This document shows positions 40,714 through 51,424 of a DNA stretch of 64,000 nucleotides, one piece after another; positions within the stretch are counted from its first letter, which is position 1; every line of letters starts with the position of its first letter. The translations under genes and the position numbers were made by a program. The stretch lies in contig CABYVV010000002.1 of NCBI GenBank assembly GCA_902522465.1, positions 65,764 to 129,763 on the forward strand. Direction: 5' to 3'. The notes under the pieces were generated by a model. That model was not told the DNA's origin and did not search any database. It worked only from the letters and a program-made list of their open reading frames with translations. This stretch comes from an uncultured Alphaproteobacteria bacterium (lineage in GTDB: Bacteria; Pseudomonadota; Alphaproteobacteria; Methylaequorales; Methylaequoraceae).

Positions 40714-41598
40714 ATGATATTTAGTGGATCAATCCCAGCTGTAATAACGCCATTTACCCAAAATTTTGAAATTGATTTTGATAAGCTACAACAACACATA
40801 GACTTTTTAATTTCAGAAGGATCTCATGGTCTTGTTTCATGTGGTACGACTGGAGAATCTCCAACGCTTAGTCATGATGAACACAAGAAAGTAACAGAAT
40901 TTATAATAAAAAAAAGCGATGCACGTGTTCCTGTAATGGCAGGTTGTGGATCCAATTCTACAGAAGAAACGTTAGAGTTGGTGAAACATGCCAGGAAGGC
41001 AAAAGCTAGTGGTACACTTCTAGTAACACCTTATTACAACAAGCCTACAGAGGAAGGACTTTATAAACACTATAAAAAAATTGCTGATGAATGTAATAAT
41101 ATTCCAATTTACCTGTATGATATTCCTGGAAGATCAGTTGTAAAAATATCTAGAGATTTAATGAAGAAATTATCCAAGATTCCAAATATTGTTGGAGTTA
41201 AAGATGCAACCTCGGATTTGACTGCACCAATGGATGTGATAGTAAATTGTGGGAAAAATTTTCATCAGTTATCAGGTGAAGATGCAACATTTTTAGCATT
41301 TTTGATAAATGGCGGTGTAGGATGTATTTCTGTAACAGCCAATGTTGTTCCTAAACTTTGTGCAGAAATTTATAATTCTTGGGTCAGAGGTAATGTAAAA
41401 AAATCAATGAAACTAAATCAATTATTGTATCCTCTAAATAGAGCACTTTTTTTGGAATCAAGTCCTTGCCCAGTTAAATATGCTTTAAGTAAATTAAACA
41501 AGTGTGAAAACATATTAAGGCTACCTTTAACTTCTGTTAATAAAAATACAAAAAATGAGATTGACTTAGTTTTGAAAAAACTTCAATTAATTAAATAA
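40714..41598 (+). CDS. dapA: 4-hydroxy-tetrahydrodipicolinate synthase
   Basis: 294 aa. 'GSIPAVITPF', 'GLVSCGTTGESPTLSHDEH', 'LLVTPYYNKP' and 'YDIPGRS' are DapA motifs. Confidence 0.95.
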   Translation: MIFSGSIPAVITPFTQNFEIDFDKLQQHIDFLISEGSHGLVSCGTTGESPTLSHDEHKKVTEFIIKKSDARVPVMAGCGSNSTEETLELVKHARKAKASGTLLVTPYYNKPTEEGLYKHYKKIADECNNIPIYLYDIPGRSVVKISRDLMKKLSKIPNIVGVKDATSDLTAPMDVIVNCGKNFHQLSGEDATFLAFLINGGVGCISVTANVVPKLCAEIYNSWVRGNVKKSMKLNQLLYPLNRALFLESSPCPVKYALSKLNKCENILRLPLTSVNKNTKNEIDLVLKKLQLIK

Positions 41599-41601
41599 TA
41601 G

Positions 41602-42060
41602 GTGACTAGATCTAATCTTATAATTGCTCAAAATAAAAAAGCAAAATTCAATTATCAAATAATTGAGAAGATTGAAGCGGGGATAGTTCTTAAAGGTTCA
41701 GAGGTAAAGTCAATAAGAAGGGGGAAAGTTGCAATAGAAAATTCTTATGCAGTAGAAAAAAAAGGAGAGTTTTGGATTATGAACCTTTATGTTGATCTAA
41801 AAGAACACCAAAAAAATATAGATAATGTTGAGAACCTTAGGCCAAAAAAAATTTTACTAAATAAAAATGAGATTAACAAAGTTAATATTAAAATCAAACA
41901 AAGCGGATTTACAATGGTACCTATAGATCTTCATTATAATAAAAAAGGATTCATAAAAGTTTTGTTAGGAATTTCTAAAGGAAGAAAGAAAAGTGATTTA
42001 AGAGAGTATAAAAAACAACAAGATTGGAAAAGAGAAAAGGCAAGATTAGAAAAAAAATGA
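41602..42060 (+). CDS. smpB: SsrA-binding protein SmpB
   Basis: 152 aa with a GTG start. 'IAQNKKAKFNYQIIEKIEAGIVLKGSEVKSIR' and the basic C-terminal tail are canonical SmpB features. Confidence 0.95.
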   Translation: MTRSNLIIAQNKKAKFNYQIIEKIEAGIVLKGSEVKSIRRGKVAIENSYAVEKKGEFWIMNLYVDLKEHQKNIDNVENLRPKKILLNKNEINKVNIKIKQSGFTMVPIDLHYNKKGFIKVLLGISKGRKKSDLREYKKQQDWKREKARLEKK

Positions 42061-42557
42061 TATTGATAGCAATAGGCTCAAATTTATTTTCAAAAATTTA
42101 TGGTAATCCTTACCAAAATTGTATGAAAGCTGTAGAGTTTATAGAGAAAAAATTTAAAATTGAGAAAATTTCAAAATTTTATAAAACTGAACCTGTTCCA
42201 AAATCGAACCAGCCTTGGTATGTTAACGGAGTTGTTAGTATAGAAACTAAATACTCACCAAATGACATACTTAATATTTTAATGAATATTGAGAAAACTT
42301 TTTTAAGAGTTCGTAGCGTTAAGAATGAACCAAGAGTAATTGATTTAGATTTATTAACTTATAAAAGAGTAATTTTGAATGAACCTGATCTGATTATTCC
42401 ACATCCTCGAATGCATTTGAGAAAATTTGTGATACAGCCTGTTTGTGATATAGACGAATCTTGGATTCATCCAGTTTTAAATATAAGTGCACAAAAACTT
42501 TTAAAATCACTTGCATTACAACAAATTTTTAATATAAATGAAGATTGTCATGGCTAG
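42057..42557 (+). CDS. folK: 2-amino-4-hydroxy-6-hydroxymethyldihydropteridine diphosphokinase (HPPK)
   Basis: I chose the start at [10 protein letters not shown] (ATGA overlap with the smpB stop) rather than the ORF-track 42024. '[10 protein letters not shown]' and '[21 protein letters not shown]' are HPPK motifs. Confidence 0.9.
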   Translation: MILIAIGSNLFSKIYGNPYQNCMKAVEFIEKKFKIEKISKFYKTEPVPKSNQPWYVNGVVSIETKYSPNDILNILMNIEKTFLRVRSVKNEPRVIDLDLLTYKRVILNEPDLIIPHPRMHLRKFVIQPVCDIDESWIHPVLNISAQKLLKSLALQQIFNINEDCHG

Positions 42558-43011
42558 AGTTACAACAGAAGATTGCACTACATCAATACCAAATAGATTT
42601 CAACTTGTTATATACGCATGTAATAGAGCCAGAGATTTAACTTCTGGATCGCAAGCAGGTGTTTCGATTGATAATGATAAAAATACAGTTATAGCACTAA
42701 GAGAAATTGCAGAAAAAAAAATAGATCTTATAAAAACTTGGGAATCGATTGTCAATGCTGCACAGAAATATCAACCAGTGGAAGAAACTGATATTGACGA
42801 GGATGAAACTGTGCCTATGAACGAAAATGCTTCACAAGTATCCTTTGATAATTTTGAAAAAGAAAACGCATCTGAAAAGAAAAGAAAAAAAATATACATG
42901 ACACAGAATGAAATTCAAAAATTAATATCTCAAAAAAAAAGCAATAATACAAAAGAAGAAGATGCAATAGATGGAGAAGAATCTTCTGAAGCAGAAGCAG
43001 TAGAAAAATAA
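42550..43011 (+). CDS. rpoZ: DNA-directed RNA polymerase subunit omega with an extended acidic/Lys-rich C-terminus
   Basis: The start is at MARVTTEDC. '[16 protein letters not shown]' and '[15 protein letters not shown]' are RpoZ motifs. It sits immediately upstream of spoT, as in many Proteobacteria. Confidence 0.92.
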   Translation: MARVTTEDCTTSIPNRFQLVIYACNRARDLTSGSQAGVSIDNDKNTVIALREIAEKKIDLIKTWESIVNAAQKYQPVEETDIDEDETVPMNENASQVSFDNFEKENASEKKRKKIYMTQNEIQKLISQKKSNNTKEEDAIDGEESSEAEAVEK

Positions 43012-43061
43012 AAAAATAAATTCGTATTTGAATATTTCTTATTTTATCATAAAATTTTCTT

Positions 43062-45200
43062 GTGTTAAGACAAGTAGAACTAATTGAAAAGGTAAAATCC
43101 TACGACCCAAATGTAGAAGAGGAACTTTTAAACAAAGCTTATGTTTTTTCCATGCGAGCACATGGCAGTCAAAAAAGAGCATCCGGAGATCCATTCTTTT
43201 CTCATCCTCTAGAGGTGGCTGGTATATTAGCTGACCATAAGTTTGATTCAAAAACTATTATAACTGCTCTTCTACATGATGTAGTTGAAGATACAACTTT
43301 TAATCTAAATGATATAAAATTAAACTTTGGTCTAGAAATAACAGCCTTAGTTGATGGTGTAACAAAACTATCTAATTTTGAAGGAAGATCAGCTAAATTT
43401 AACCAAGCCGAGAATTTCAGAAAATTATTACTTGCTACATCAAGGGATATTAGAGTTCTATTTGTAAAGTTAGCAGATAGACTTCATAATATGCGGACTT
43501 TAAATTTTATAAAAGATTTAGAAAAAAGAAGAAAAATATCATTTGAGACCCTGGAAATCTATTCGCCGTTAGCTGAACGACTTGGTATGGAAGAAATAAG
43601 AAAAGAATTAGATGATCTCAGTTTTAAAATTATTGAACCAGAACTTAGGGATTCTATAATTCAAAGGTTATCTTTACTGAGACAACAAGATGAAGATGTT
43701 TTAGATAAAATTATCAAAGATATTGAAGAATTTTTAAATAAACAAAATTTAAATTTCAAAGTTTTTGGACGACAAAAAACTCCTTATTCGATCTGGAAAA
43801 AAATGAAAGTCAAATCTGTGAATTTTTCGCAATTATCAGATATTATGGCTTTTACAATTTTAGTGGATGCTTCCAAAAAATGTTATGAAGTTTTGGGTTT
43901 GTTACATCAATTTTATTCTTATGTTCCAGGAAGATTTAAAGATTATATTTCAACACCAAAACCCAACGGTTATCAGTCCATACATACAACTCTTATTGGA
44001 CCATTGAATCAAAGAATTGAAATTCAAATTAGAACATTTGAAATGAATGAAAAAGCAGAATTTGGGATAGCAGCCCATTGGATATATAAAGATAAAGTTA
44101 ACCCAAAGGATGGAAAGCAATACAGATGGATGAGACAAATTCTAGATATTATTGATCAATCTCATGAACCAGAGGAATTTCTTGAACATACTAAAATGCA
44201 GATGCATGCAGATCAAGTTTTTGTTTTCACGCCAAAAGGTGATTTGGTGGCTTTGCCAAAAGGTGCAATGCCCCTAGATTTTGCTTTTTCAGTTCATTCA
44301 GATATTGGTTCTTCTTGTATTGGAGTAAAAATAAATAATTCAATGAAACCACTTAACACAAGGTTAAAGAATGGTGATCAAGTAGAAATTATCTGTGGTG
44401 ATGAAAATACTTTCACAACAAGATGGCTAGATTTAACAATTACAGGAAAAGCAAGAGCATGTATAAAAAGATTTTTACATATCAAAGAAGATGATGACTT
44501 TAAAAAACTAGGTAAAGAAATTTTGATTAACCAATTTAAAAATCAGAAAATTAGATACTCGGAGAGAAACATAAAGACAGTTATTGATAAACTTAATATT
44601 AAAAATATAGATGAGTTGTTTAAATCAATCGGCAGTGGAAAAATTACTTCAGAAAAAATAATTTCCTCTATGTTTCCTGAAAAAAAATTATTAAAGAAAA
44701 ATAACAAGATTATTCTTTTAAATCAAATAAGAGAAAAAAAAGAGAAAAATGAACAACCTTTAATCCTTAAAGGTTTGACTCCTGGTATGAGCATCCATTT
44801 CGCAAACTGTTGTAATCCTATACCTGGAGATGATGTGGTTGCATTTATTGTAAAAGGTAAAGGGCTGATAATACATCAAATTTCATGTGATGAGCTAAAG
44901 AACCAAAGATCTGATAAATCAAAGACAGTTAAAGTTTCTTGGGAAAATCTTCTCACTAAAAGAAATGAATTTGTTGGAAAGTTGAATGTTACTATTAAAA
45001 ATAAAATTGGCTCATTAGGCGTTTTATCTTCAATAATAGCAAAGTCTTTGAGTAACATAAGAAATCTGAAAATTACTGATAGAAATAGTGATTTCTTTAA
45101 AATTAATATTGATATCGATGTGAAAAATAAAAATCATTTAAGTAAGGTGATTGTATCTTTGAGGACGTCAGACTTTGTTGACAGTGTCTCAAGATTATAA
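43062..45200 (+). CDS. spoT: Bifunctional (p)ppGpp synthetase/hydrolase (RelA/SpoT homolog)
   Basis: 712 aa with a GTG start. It has the HD domain 'HPLEVAGILA...LLHDVVEDT', the synthetase block 'GRQKTPYSIWKKM...YQSIHTTL', a TGS region and a C-terminal ACT-like region. Confidence 0.95.
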   Translation: MLRQVELIEKVKSYDPNVEEELLNKAYVFSMRAHGSQKRASGDPFFSHPLEVAGILADHKFDSKTIITALLHDVVEDTTFNLNDIKLNFGLEITALVDGVTKLSNFEGRSAKFNQAENFRKLLLATSRDIRVLFVKLADRLHNMRTLNFIKDLEKRRKISFETLEIYSPLAERLGMEEIRKELDDLSFKIIEPELRDSIIQRLSLLRQQDEDVLDKIIKDIEEFLNKQNLNFKVFGRQKTPYSIWKKMKVKSVNFSQLSDIMAFTILVDASKKCYEVLGLLHQFYSYVPGRFKDYISTPKPNGYQSIHTTLIGPLNQRIEIQIRTFEMNEKAEFGIAAHWIYKDKVNPKDGKQYRWMRQILDIIDQSHEPEEFLEHTKMQMHADQVFVFTPKGDLVALPKGAMPLDFAFSVHSDIGSSCIGVKINNSMKPLNTRLKNGDQVEIICGDENTFTTRWLDLTITGKARACIKRFLHIKEDDDFKKLGKEILINQFKNQKIRYSERNIKTVIDKLNIKNIDELFKSIGSGKITSEKIISSMFPEKKLLKKNNKIILLNQIREKKEKNEQPLILKGLTPGMSIHFANCCNPIPGDDVVAFIVKGKGLIIHQISCDELKNQRSDKSKTVKVSWENLLTKRNEFVGKLNVTIKNKIGSLGVLSSIIAKSLSNIRNLKITDRNSDFFKINIDIDVKNKNHLSKVIVSLRTSDFVDSVSRL

Positions 45201-45212
45201 TTATTTAATAAT

Positions 45213-45677
45213 ATGAACCTGGCAAGCCTGTCTAGATTACTAAGACTTTTAAAAATGAAAATCTATAGAATAAGAGATTTTCCAGAATCTGTCGCAATTG
45301 GTTTAGCATGGGGAACTGCTGTTTCGTTTACACCACTCTTGGGTTTTCATTTGATAATTTGTTATCTGGGTACAGTCTTAATGCGTGGTAATTTGATAGC
45401 TGCGACAGTAGGTTCAGTTATTGGGAATCCATGGACTTTCCCCCTTTTTTTTTATTTTGCATATAAACTTGGTTTGATATTTATTTTTGCTCCATTGGAA
45501 GAATATGAATTTTCTATTAATTTCTTACTTTTAAATTTTAATAAACTATTTTTACCAACACTTTTAGGAAGTGCCCCTATTGCAATTATTGTATGGTTTA
45601 TTACTTATAAAACTAGTAAGTTTTATTTAGAAAAAAGATTTTATGAAAAAAGAAATACGACTAGGGGTAAACATTGA
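45213..45677 (+). CDS. DUF2062-family membrane protein
   Basis: 154 aa. 'PESVAIGLAWGTAVSFTPLLGFHLIICYLGTVLMRGNLIAATVGSVIGNPWTFP' matches the DUF2062 core. Confidence 0.75.
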   Translation: MNLASLSRLLRLLKMKIYRIRDFPESVAIGLAWGTAVSFTPLLGFHLIICYLGTVLMRGNLIAATVGSVIGNPWTFPLFFYFAYKLGLIFIFAPLEEYEFSINFLLLNFNKLFLPTLLGSAPIAIIVWFITYKTSKFYLEKRFYEKRNTTRGKH

Positions 45678-46377
45678 TCATGTTGCTACTTTAAGAAATG
45701 CAAGAAACGAAGATTTCCCGAATCTTTTAGAGGTAGTTAAATTACTCGAAAAAATTAATGTTGATTTAATAACCGTCCATTTAAGAGAAGATAGAAGACA
45801 CATCAAAGATGTTGATGTCGAAGTTATAAAAGAAAATAATATTTTACCTTTAAACTTAGAAATGGCAGCGACACAGGAAATGAAAAACATTTGCCTTAAA
45901 ACCAAACCATATTCTTGCTGTATTGTTCCAGAGAGGAGGGAGGAGTTAACCACAGAAGGAGGGTTAAATGTAAAAGATCAAAAAGTCTATTTGAGTGATT
46001 TTGTTCCTGAAATTCTGTCTGCTGGAATAAAATTATCTTTATTTGTTGATCCTGACCTCGACCAAATTGAGTCAGCAGCAAGTTTGGGTGTAAAAGTTGT
46101 AGAGATTCACACAGGAAAATATTCTAGATGTTTTGGAAAAAAAGATCACTTAAATGAATTAAAAAGAATTCAAGACGCTGCATTCTTATGCAAAAAATTA
46201 GGAATCGATTGTCATGCCGGTCATGGCTTAAATTTTGAAAATGTAAAAGAGATTTCTGAGATTGAAAATGTGATTGAGTTAAATGTAGGGCATTTTCTTA
46301 TTTCTCATTCAATTTTTAATGGCTTAGAACAAACCGTTAAAAATTTTATGAAAATAATAAATCATGCTAGTATTTAA
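45643..46377 (+). CDS. pdxJ: Pyridoxine 5-prime-phosphate synthase
   Basis: 244 aa. 'RLGVNIDHVATLRNAR', 'ITVHLREDRRHI', 'NLEMA' and 'HAGHGLN' are PdxJ motifs. It overlaps the DUF2062 gene by 35 nt. Confidence 0.95.
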   Translation: MKKEIRLGVNIDHVATLRNARNEDFPNLLEVVKLLEKINVDLITVHLREDRRHIKDVDVEVIKENNILPLNLEMAATQEMKNICLKTKPYSCCIVPERREELTTEGGLNVKDQKVYLSDFVPEILSAGIKLSLFVDPDLDQIESAASLGVKVVEIHTGKYSRCFGKKDHLNELKRIQDAAFLCKKLGIDCHAGHGLNFENVKEISEIENVIELNVGHFLISHSIFNGLEQTVKNFMKIINHASI

Positions 46378-46401
46378 GTTTTTTTGTAATAAAATTCAAA
46401 A

Positions 46402-47166
46402 ATGAAAAATACTTTTTTTAAAGAAAAAACTAAAGATAACAAGCTTAAGAAGAATATTATTTCTTTTACTTACGCAATTATTGCTGCCCTTCTAATAAGA
46501 AGTTTTTTATTTGAACCATTTAGTATTCCCTCCGGCTCAATGTATCCTAATTTAAAGGTTGGAGATTATTTATTTGTGTCTAAATATTCGTACGGATTTT
46601 CTAAACATTCACTTCCATTTAGTATACCCTTAATACCTGGAAGAATCTTTTCAAAAGAACCTAAAAGAGGAGAAATCGCAGTATTTAAAACCCCTGAAGA
46701 TAACAGAACTGATTATATAAAAAGAATAATTGGTCTTCCAGGAGATGAATTAGAATTAAAGAATAATTTAATCTATATTAATAATAACCCGATCAAAACA
46801 TTGAAAATAACAGAGGAGAAATATAAATCTTTTGAAGTTGACAAAATTAAAGAGACACTTCCTAATAATTATGCGTACGATGTTTATGAATTTAAATCAA
46901 CAATTTTAGGATTAAATACTAACAATTTTAAAAAAATTAAGATTCCAGAAAATAAATTTTTTGTACTTGGTGATAATAGAGATAATTCACAGGACAGTAG
47001 ATTTATAGGACTAATACCAAGAGATAATTTGGTTGGTCGAGCTGAGATAGTATTTGTATCTTTTGATGTGGAAATTGGAAGTTTTATCAAATTTTGGACT
47101 TGGTTTCCTGCATTAAGAAAAGATAGATTAATTGTGAGCCTTCTTCCTGAAAAAGAAAATGAGTAG
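46402..47166 (+). CDS. lepB: Signal peptidase I
   Basis: 254 aa. It has the catalytic Ser box 'IPSGSMYPNL', the Lys box 'YIKRIIGLPGD' and 'VLGDNRDNSQDSRF'. Confidence 0.95.
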   Translation: MKNTFFKEKTKDNKLKKNIISFTYAIIAALLIRSFLFEPFSIPSGSMYPNLKVGDYLFVSKYSYGFSKHSLPFSIPLIPGRIFSKEPKRGEIAVFKTPEDNRTDYIKRIIGLPGDELELKNNLIYINNNPIKTLKITEEKYKSFEVDKIKETLPNNYAYDVYEFKSTILGLNTNNFKKIKIPENKFFVLGDNRDNSQDSRFIGLIPRDNLVGRAEIVFVSFDVEIGSFIKFWTWFPALRKDRLIVSLLPEKENE

Positions 47167-47818
47167 TTTTTTTGAATTAACTCATAAAATTAATTATGAA
47201 TTTAAAGATCATAATCTTCTTGAAAAAGCTCTTACACACTCAAGTTATAGAAAAATAAATGAAAACTATGAAAAATTAGAGTTTCTTGGAGATAGAGTTC
47301 TAGGTCTTACAATTTCAAAAAAAATATATTTTACTTTTGATCAAGATTCCGAAGGGGATCTCGCTAAAAAATTAGCTTTACTAGTTTGTAAAAAAACATT
47401 AATAAAAATTGCAAATAAAATTAATCTAGATAAATTTTTAAGATTTTCAAAAGAGATAGGAGAAAAACCACTCGAATCAATCAAAGCAAACTCTATGGAA
47501 GCTTTAATTGGCGCAATTTTTTTAGACTCAGGATTTACTTCAACTGAAAAAATTGTTCTCGATTTATGGGAAGAAGAAATTGAAAAAATAGACCTATCTC
47601 AGCATGATCCTAAATCAAGGTTACAAGAGTGGTGTTTAAAAAGAAAAAAACTTCCAACTTATAAAATTATAAGTAAAAAAGGTCCAGATCATGAGCCAGA
47701 ATTTACAATAAGTGTGGCCTTTGACGGAGAACTCTTTGCAATTGGCAAGGGAAAAAATAAACAAGACGCAGAGATAAATGCTGCTAGTATTCTTTTAAAA
47801 AAAATTGAAAAATATTAA
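47159..47818 (+). CDS. rnc: Ribonuclease III
   Basis: 219 aa. It has the signature 'NYEKLEFLGDRVLGL', 'MEALIGAIFLDSG' and a C-terminal dsRBD 'DPKSRLQEWC...GKGKNKQDAE'. Confidence 0.95.
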   Translation: MSSFFELTHKINYEFKDHNLLEKALTHSSYRKINENYEKLEFLGDRVLGLTISKKIYFTFDQDSEGDLAKKLALLVCKKTLIKIANKINLDKFLRFSKEIGEKPLESIKANSMEALIGAIFLDSGFTSTEKIVLDLWEEEIEKIDLSQHDPKSRLQEWCLKRKKLPTYKIISKKGPDHEPEFTISVAFDGELFAIGKGKNKQDAEINAASILLKKIEKY

Positions 47819-48647
47819 AAAAAAATGCGGAGTTGTACTTTTTATCGGGCTTCCAAATGCTGGAAAATCGACATTATTGAACTCTATTATAAAAAAGAAA
47901 ATATCTATTGTTAGTTCAAAAGTTCAAACAACAAAAGACCAAATCTCAGGAATACTCACTAAAGGTGATACTCAAATTATTTTTACAGATACTCCAGGAA
48001 TTATTGAAAATAAAAGATTCTTTAATAAGCATTATTCAAGAATGGTTGTTAACAAAGAGTTTGAAATAGACTTAAATTGTTTAGTTATTGACTTAAAAAG
48101 AGATATTAACAAAAAAGAAATATCTATTTTTAGAGAGTTATTAAAAAGATTTAATAGAAATATTTTAGTTTTAAATAAAATTGATCTAGTTAAGAAAGAA
48201 AGACTATTTGAAATTTCCAACCTTCTTAACTCAAAATTTAACTTTATCGAAACCTTCATGATATCCGCAAAAAAGAAAAAGGGTATTGAATTTTTTATTA
48301 AAAAATTAATTAATAATATACCAAATAGAGAATGGATTTATAATGAGGGAATTCTTACGGACAAAGATATTAATTATCAAATTTCCGAAATAACAAGAGA
48401 GAAGGTTTTTAAATTACTTAATAAAGAAATACCTTACAGTGTCAATATTGTAACAGAGATTGAAAATAACAAACAAATTGCAACTGTAAAGCAGCAAATA
48501 TTAGTAAAAAAAAAATCTCAGAAATCAATAATAATTGGAAAAAATGGTGAAAAAATTAAAATGATAGGCACCAAATCAAGGATAGATATTGAAAAACTTT
48601 TAGAAAAAAAAATTTTTTTAGATTTGATTGTACAAACAAAAGATTAA
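47805..48647 (+). CDS. era: GTPase Era
   Basis: 280 aa. It has G1 'GLPNAGKSTLLN', G3 'DTPG', G4 'NKIDL' and a C-terminal KH domain 'IIIGKNGEKIKMIG'. Confidence 0.93.
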   Translation: MKNIKKKCGVVLFIGLPNAGKSTLLNSIIKKKISIVSSKVQTTKDQISGILTKGDTQIIFTDTPGIIENKRFFNKHYSRMVVNKEFEIDLNCLVIDLKRDINKKEISIFRELLKRFNRNILVLNKIDLVKKERLFEISNLLNSKFNFIETFMISAKKKKGIEFFIKKLINNIPNREWIYNEGILTDKDINYQISEITREKVFKLLNKEIPYSVNIVTEIENNKQIATVKQQILVKKKSQKSIIIGKNGEKIKMIGTKSRIDIEKLLEKKIFLDLIVQTKD

Positions 48648-48649
48648 TT

Positions 48650-49354
48650 ATGAAAATTATTGATGAAGGATTCTTTTTATATTCAAAAAAGTTTGGCGAA
48701 AAGTCAAAGATAATTTACATTTTTTCAAAAGAGAATGGTTTAATAAAAGGTTTAACAAGAGACTCACGAAGAAATAATATTAATTTTATAAATCTCGACA
48801 GAATTTTATTTACATGGAGTTCAAGAAATGTGAATGCTTTGGGATATTTAAAATGTGAACAGAAATATTCAAGATATTTAGATGATTATTTGTTTTCCAT
48901 TATTAAAGCTGCAGCATCAGAACTTTGTTTAAGATTTTTACCACAATGGGAAAAAAATTTAAATATTTTTAATGATTTAGAAAATTTGATTTCCCTAAAA
49001 AAAAAAAATAATTATTTTTTAATTGGCAAATATATAGATTGGGAAATTAACCTATTAAAAAATTTAGGATATAGATTAAATATTGATTACTGTTGTATAT
49101 CTGGAAAAAAAAATGAAACTTATTTTCTTTCACCTAAAACTGGTAATGCGGTAAGTTATGAAATAGGAAAAAAATATTCACATAAATTATTTAAAATACC
49201 ATTATGTATGAAAGAGGGTTTTAAAAAAGATAATTATAATGATTATATGGATGCAATGAAAATAAATCTTTTTTTTTTTCAAAAGATTTTGGAAAAGAAA
49301 AATTTTAATTTAATTTTTCGCAATCAAATCATAAAATTTTTTTACAATTTATGA
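48650..49354 (+). CDS. recO: DNA repair protein RecO
   Basis: 234 aa. Its position after rnc-era, an N-terminal OB-fold-like region ('GFFLYSKKFGEKSKIIYIFSKENGLIKG') and a Cys-containing zinc region ('DYCCISGKK') fit RecO. The sequence is divergent. Confidence 0.75.
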   Translation: MKIIDEGFFLYSKKFGEKSKIIYIFSKENGLIKGLTRDSRRNNINFINLDRILFTWSSRNVNALGYLKCEQKYSRYLDDYLFSIIKAAASELCLRFLPQWEKNLNIFNDLENLISLKKKNNYFLIGKYIDWEINLLKNLGYRLNIDYCCISGKKNETYFLSPKTGNAVSYEIGKKYSHKLFKIPLCMKEGFKKDNYNDYMDAMKINLFFFQKILEKKNFNLIFRNQIIKFFYNL

Positions 49355-50065
49355 GTTTATACTGATCCAGTTCTCATTTCTGTAATATTCAATATTATTA
49401 TATGATGATTTATAATTCATGTTTTTGGATTCCTTAACCCAATAACCTAAATAGAGGTAAGGGCTTTTCTTTTCTTTCATATTTTTAATGATCCTTAGGA
49501 TCAGATTTTTACCAAGACCTCTCTTACTAAGATTTGGATCAAAAAAACTATAAACGGCTGAATATCCGTCTTTCAGAATATCTAAAAGTATAGATCCATA
49601 TAGTTTATTTTCTGAGTCAACTAAATCATAAGTAATGGTTTTGTTGATAGATTTATGAAAAAAACCAATAAATTCGGCTTCCGTCATGGTTTTCATTGAA
49701 CCTTTAGAATGCCTTACCTTACAATATTGCTTGAATAGATCATATCTATTTTTGTTATAATTATTGTTAACAACCAGAGTTAAATCTTTATTTAATCTTA
49801 AATTCCTTTTATTGCTTTTTGTAAAAACAAATTCTTTTATATTTATTCTAGATGAAATACATGAGTTGCAGTCCCTACAGGAAGGAATATACATGTGATT
49901 ATAATTTCTTCTAAAGCCCTTTCTAGTGAGTTCTGAAACAATTTCACCAGACTCAGGATATGCTATACTTACGTAAACTCTTTTCTCAAGTTTTCCTTTA
50001 ATATAAGAGCAAGGAAACTCAATTGAGCTTTTTAAAAGTAGTTCATTTAATTTTACAGTACCCAT
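49349..50065 (-). CDS. bpt: Aspartate/glutamate leucyltransferase (Bpt; bacterial Ate1-type N-end-rule transferase)
   Basis: 238 aa. 'FPCSYIKGKLEKR', 'GFRRNYNHMYIPSCRDCNSCISSRI' and 'SAVYSFFDP...GLGKNLIL...YLYLGYWV' are ATE N/C domain motifs. Confidence 0.88.
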   Translation of the reverse strand: MGTVKLNELLLKSSIEFPCSYIKGKLEKRVYVSIAYPESGEIVSELTRKGFRRNYNHMYIPSCRDCNSCISSRINIKEFVFTKSNKRNLRLNKDLTLVVNNNYNKNRYDLFKQYCKVRHSKGSMKTMTEAEFIGFFHKSINKTITYDLVDSENKLYGSILLDILKDGYSAVYSFFDPNLSKRGLGKNLILRIIKNMKEKKSPYLYLGYWVKESKNMNYKSSYNNIEYYRNENWISINS

Positions 50066-51424
50066 TTAATTTATCATAATTATTTGTAGGTCGGCTACAT
50101 TAGTATTAGTTCCTTCAATTATTACAAGTGAATTAATTTTTTTCAATACCTCATATGAGTTATTATTATTCAATTCATTTTCAAGTTTGAAACATGTACT
50201 TTTATTTATAAAACTTAAGCTTTTATGATTTACAATTGCTCCTGCAGCATTAGTTGGACCATCCCTGCCATCTGTTCCCACTGAAAGGAGTGTGAATTCA
50301 AGTTTTGGTAAATATTTATTAGCATATTTAATAAAATGTAATGCAAACTCTTGGTTTCTTCCTCCTTTTCCATTTCCTTTAATTTTTACTGTACTTTCTC
50401 CACCTGAAATAAGAATCACTGGTTTTTTAAGTTTTTCTTTTTTAATATCATTTACAAATTTTCTTGCTAGATATATCACATCACCTTCAACATTTGTTTT
50501 CCAAATTTTTGAAAAAAGTTTCTTTGACTTACACATTTGGTTTACATTTTGTAAACAGAAACTATTACTTCCTACAAGTGTGTTTTCGACTTTATTAAAT
50601 AAATAACTATTTTTTTTTGGTGTTTCTAATTTATTATCATAGATCCCCCTGTTTATATGATTTATTACAGCTGGTGGAGTTTTATCCCAAATTTTATATT
50701 TTTGAAGAATTTTTTTTACATCCTTGAATGAAGTGTTGTCTGGGACTGTTGGTCCACTTGCAATTGAACTTAAATCATCGCCAATTACATCTGAAAGAAT
50801 GAAGGTATGTACTCTTGCTGGATAAGACATTTTCAAAAAATTGCCTCCTTTGATTTTTGATAAATGCTTTCGCACAGTATTGATCTCCTTTATATTTGCT
50901 CCACAAGCTAATAAGAATTTGTTTATCTGAATTTTTTCCTCAAGAGATATATCTGCTGACGGATATGGTAGAAGAGATGACCCTCCACCCGAGAGAAATA
51001 ATAAAATCAAAGAATCATCATCAAGAACGTTAAGTTTTTTTTCCAAATATTTTGCCGCAATTAATCCATTTTTATTTGGTACAGGATGCCCAGATTTGAA
51101 ACATTTGAATCCAGAAACTGTGCTGAAATTTTCCTGATTAACTACTATAATTCCTTCTAAAATATTTTTTTGTGATTTTTTTAAAATGGATAGTGCAGTC
51201 TTTCCCATGTCGACAGACGCTTTTCCGATACATATAGGCATAACATTTTTAAAACTTGAATATTCTTTTTTTTTGTTACCATTAAAAATAATTACTTTAT
51301 TTTTGGTAACTTTAAGAAACTTTTTTAAAAAATTTTTCGGTTGAACAGATGACACACCATGTTTGAATAATTCAAGTAATAATTTATTATGGTTATCAAA
51401 AACTCTATGTGAGTTTATAAGCAA
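50066..51424 (-). CDS. ttuD: Glycerate 2-kinase / hydroxypyruvate reductase-like protein (DUF4147 + MOFRL; TtuD family)
   Basis: 452 aa. 'PICIGKASVDM', 'LFLLSGGGSSLL', 'INTVRKHLSKIKGG', 'ISGGESTV', 'GKGGRNQEFAL' and 'GTDGRDGPTNAAGA' are TtuD/GckA signatures. Confidence 0.88.
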   Translation of the reverse strand: MLINSHRVFDNHNKLLLELFKHGVSSVQPKNFLKKFLKVTKNKVIIFNGNKKKEYSSFKNVMPICIGKASVDMGKTALSILKKSQKNILEGIIVVNQENFSTVSGFKCFKSGHPVPNKNGLIAAKYLEKKLNVLDDDSLILLFLSGGGSSLLPYPSADISLEEKIQINKFLLACGANIKEINTVRKHLSKIKGGNFLKMSYPARVHTFILSDVIGDDLSSIASGPTVPDNTSFKDVKKILQKYKIWDKTPPAVINHINRGIYDNKLETPKKNSYLFNKVENTLVGSNSFCLQNVNQMCKSKKLFSKIWKTNVEGDVIYLARKFVNDIKKEKLKKPVILISGGESTVKIKGNGKGGRNQEFALHFIKYANKYLPKLEFTLLSVGTDGRDGPTNAAGAIVNHKSLSFINKSTCFKLENELNNNNSYEVLKKINSLVIIEGTNTNVADLQIIMIN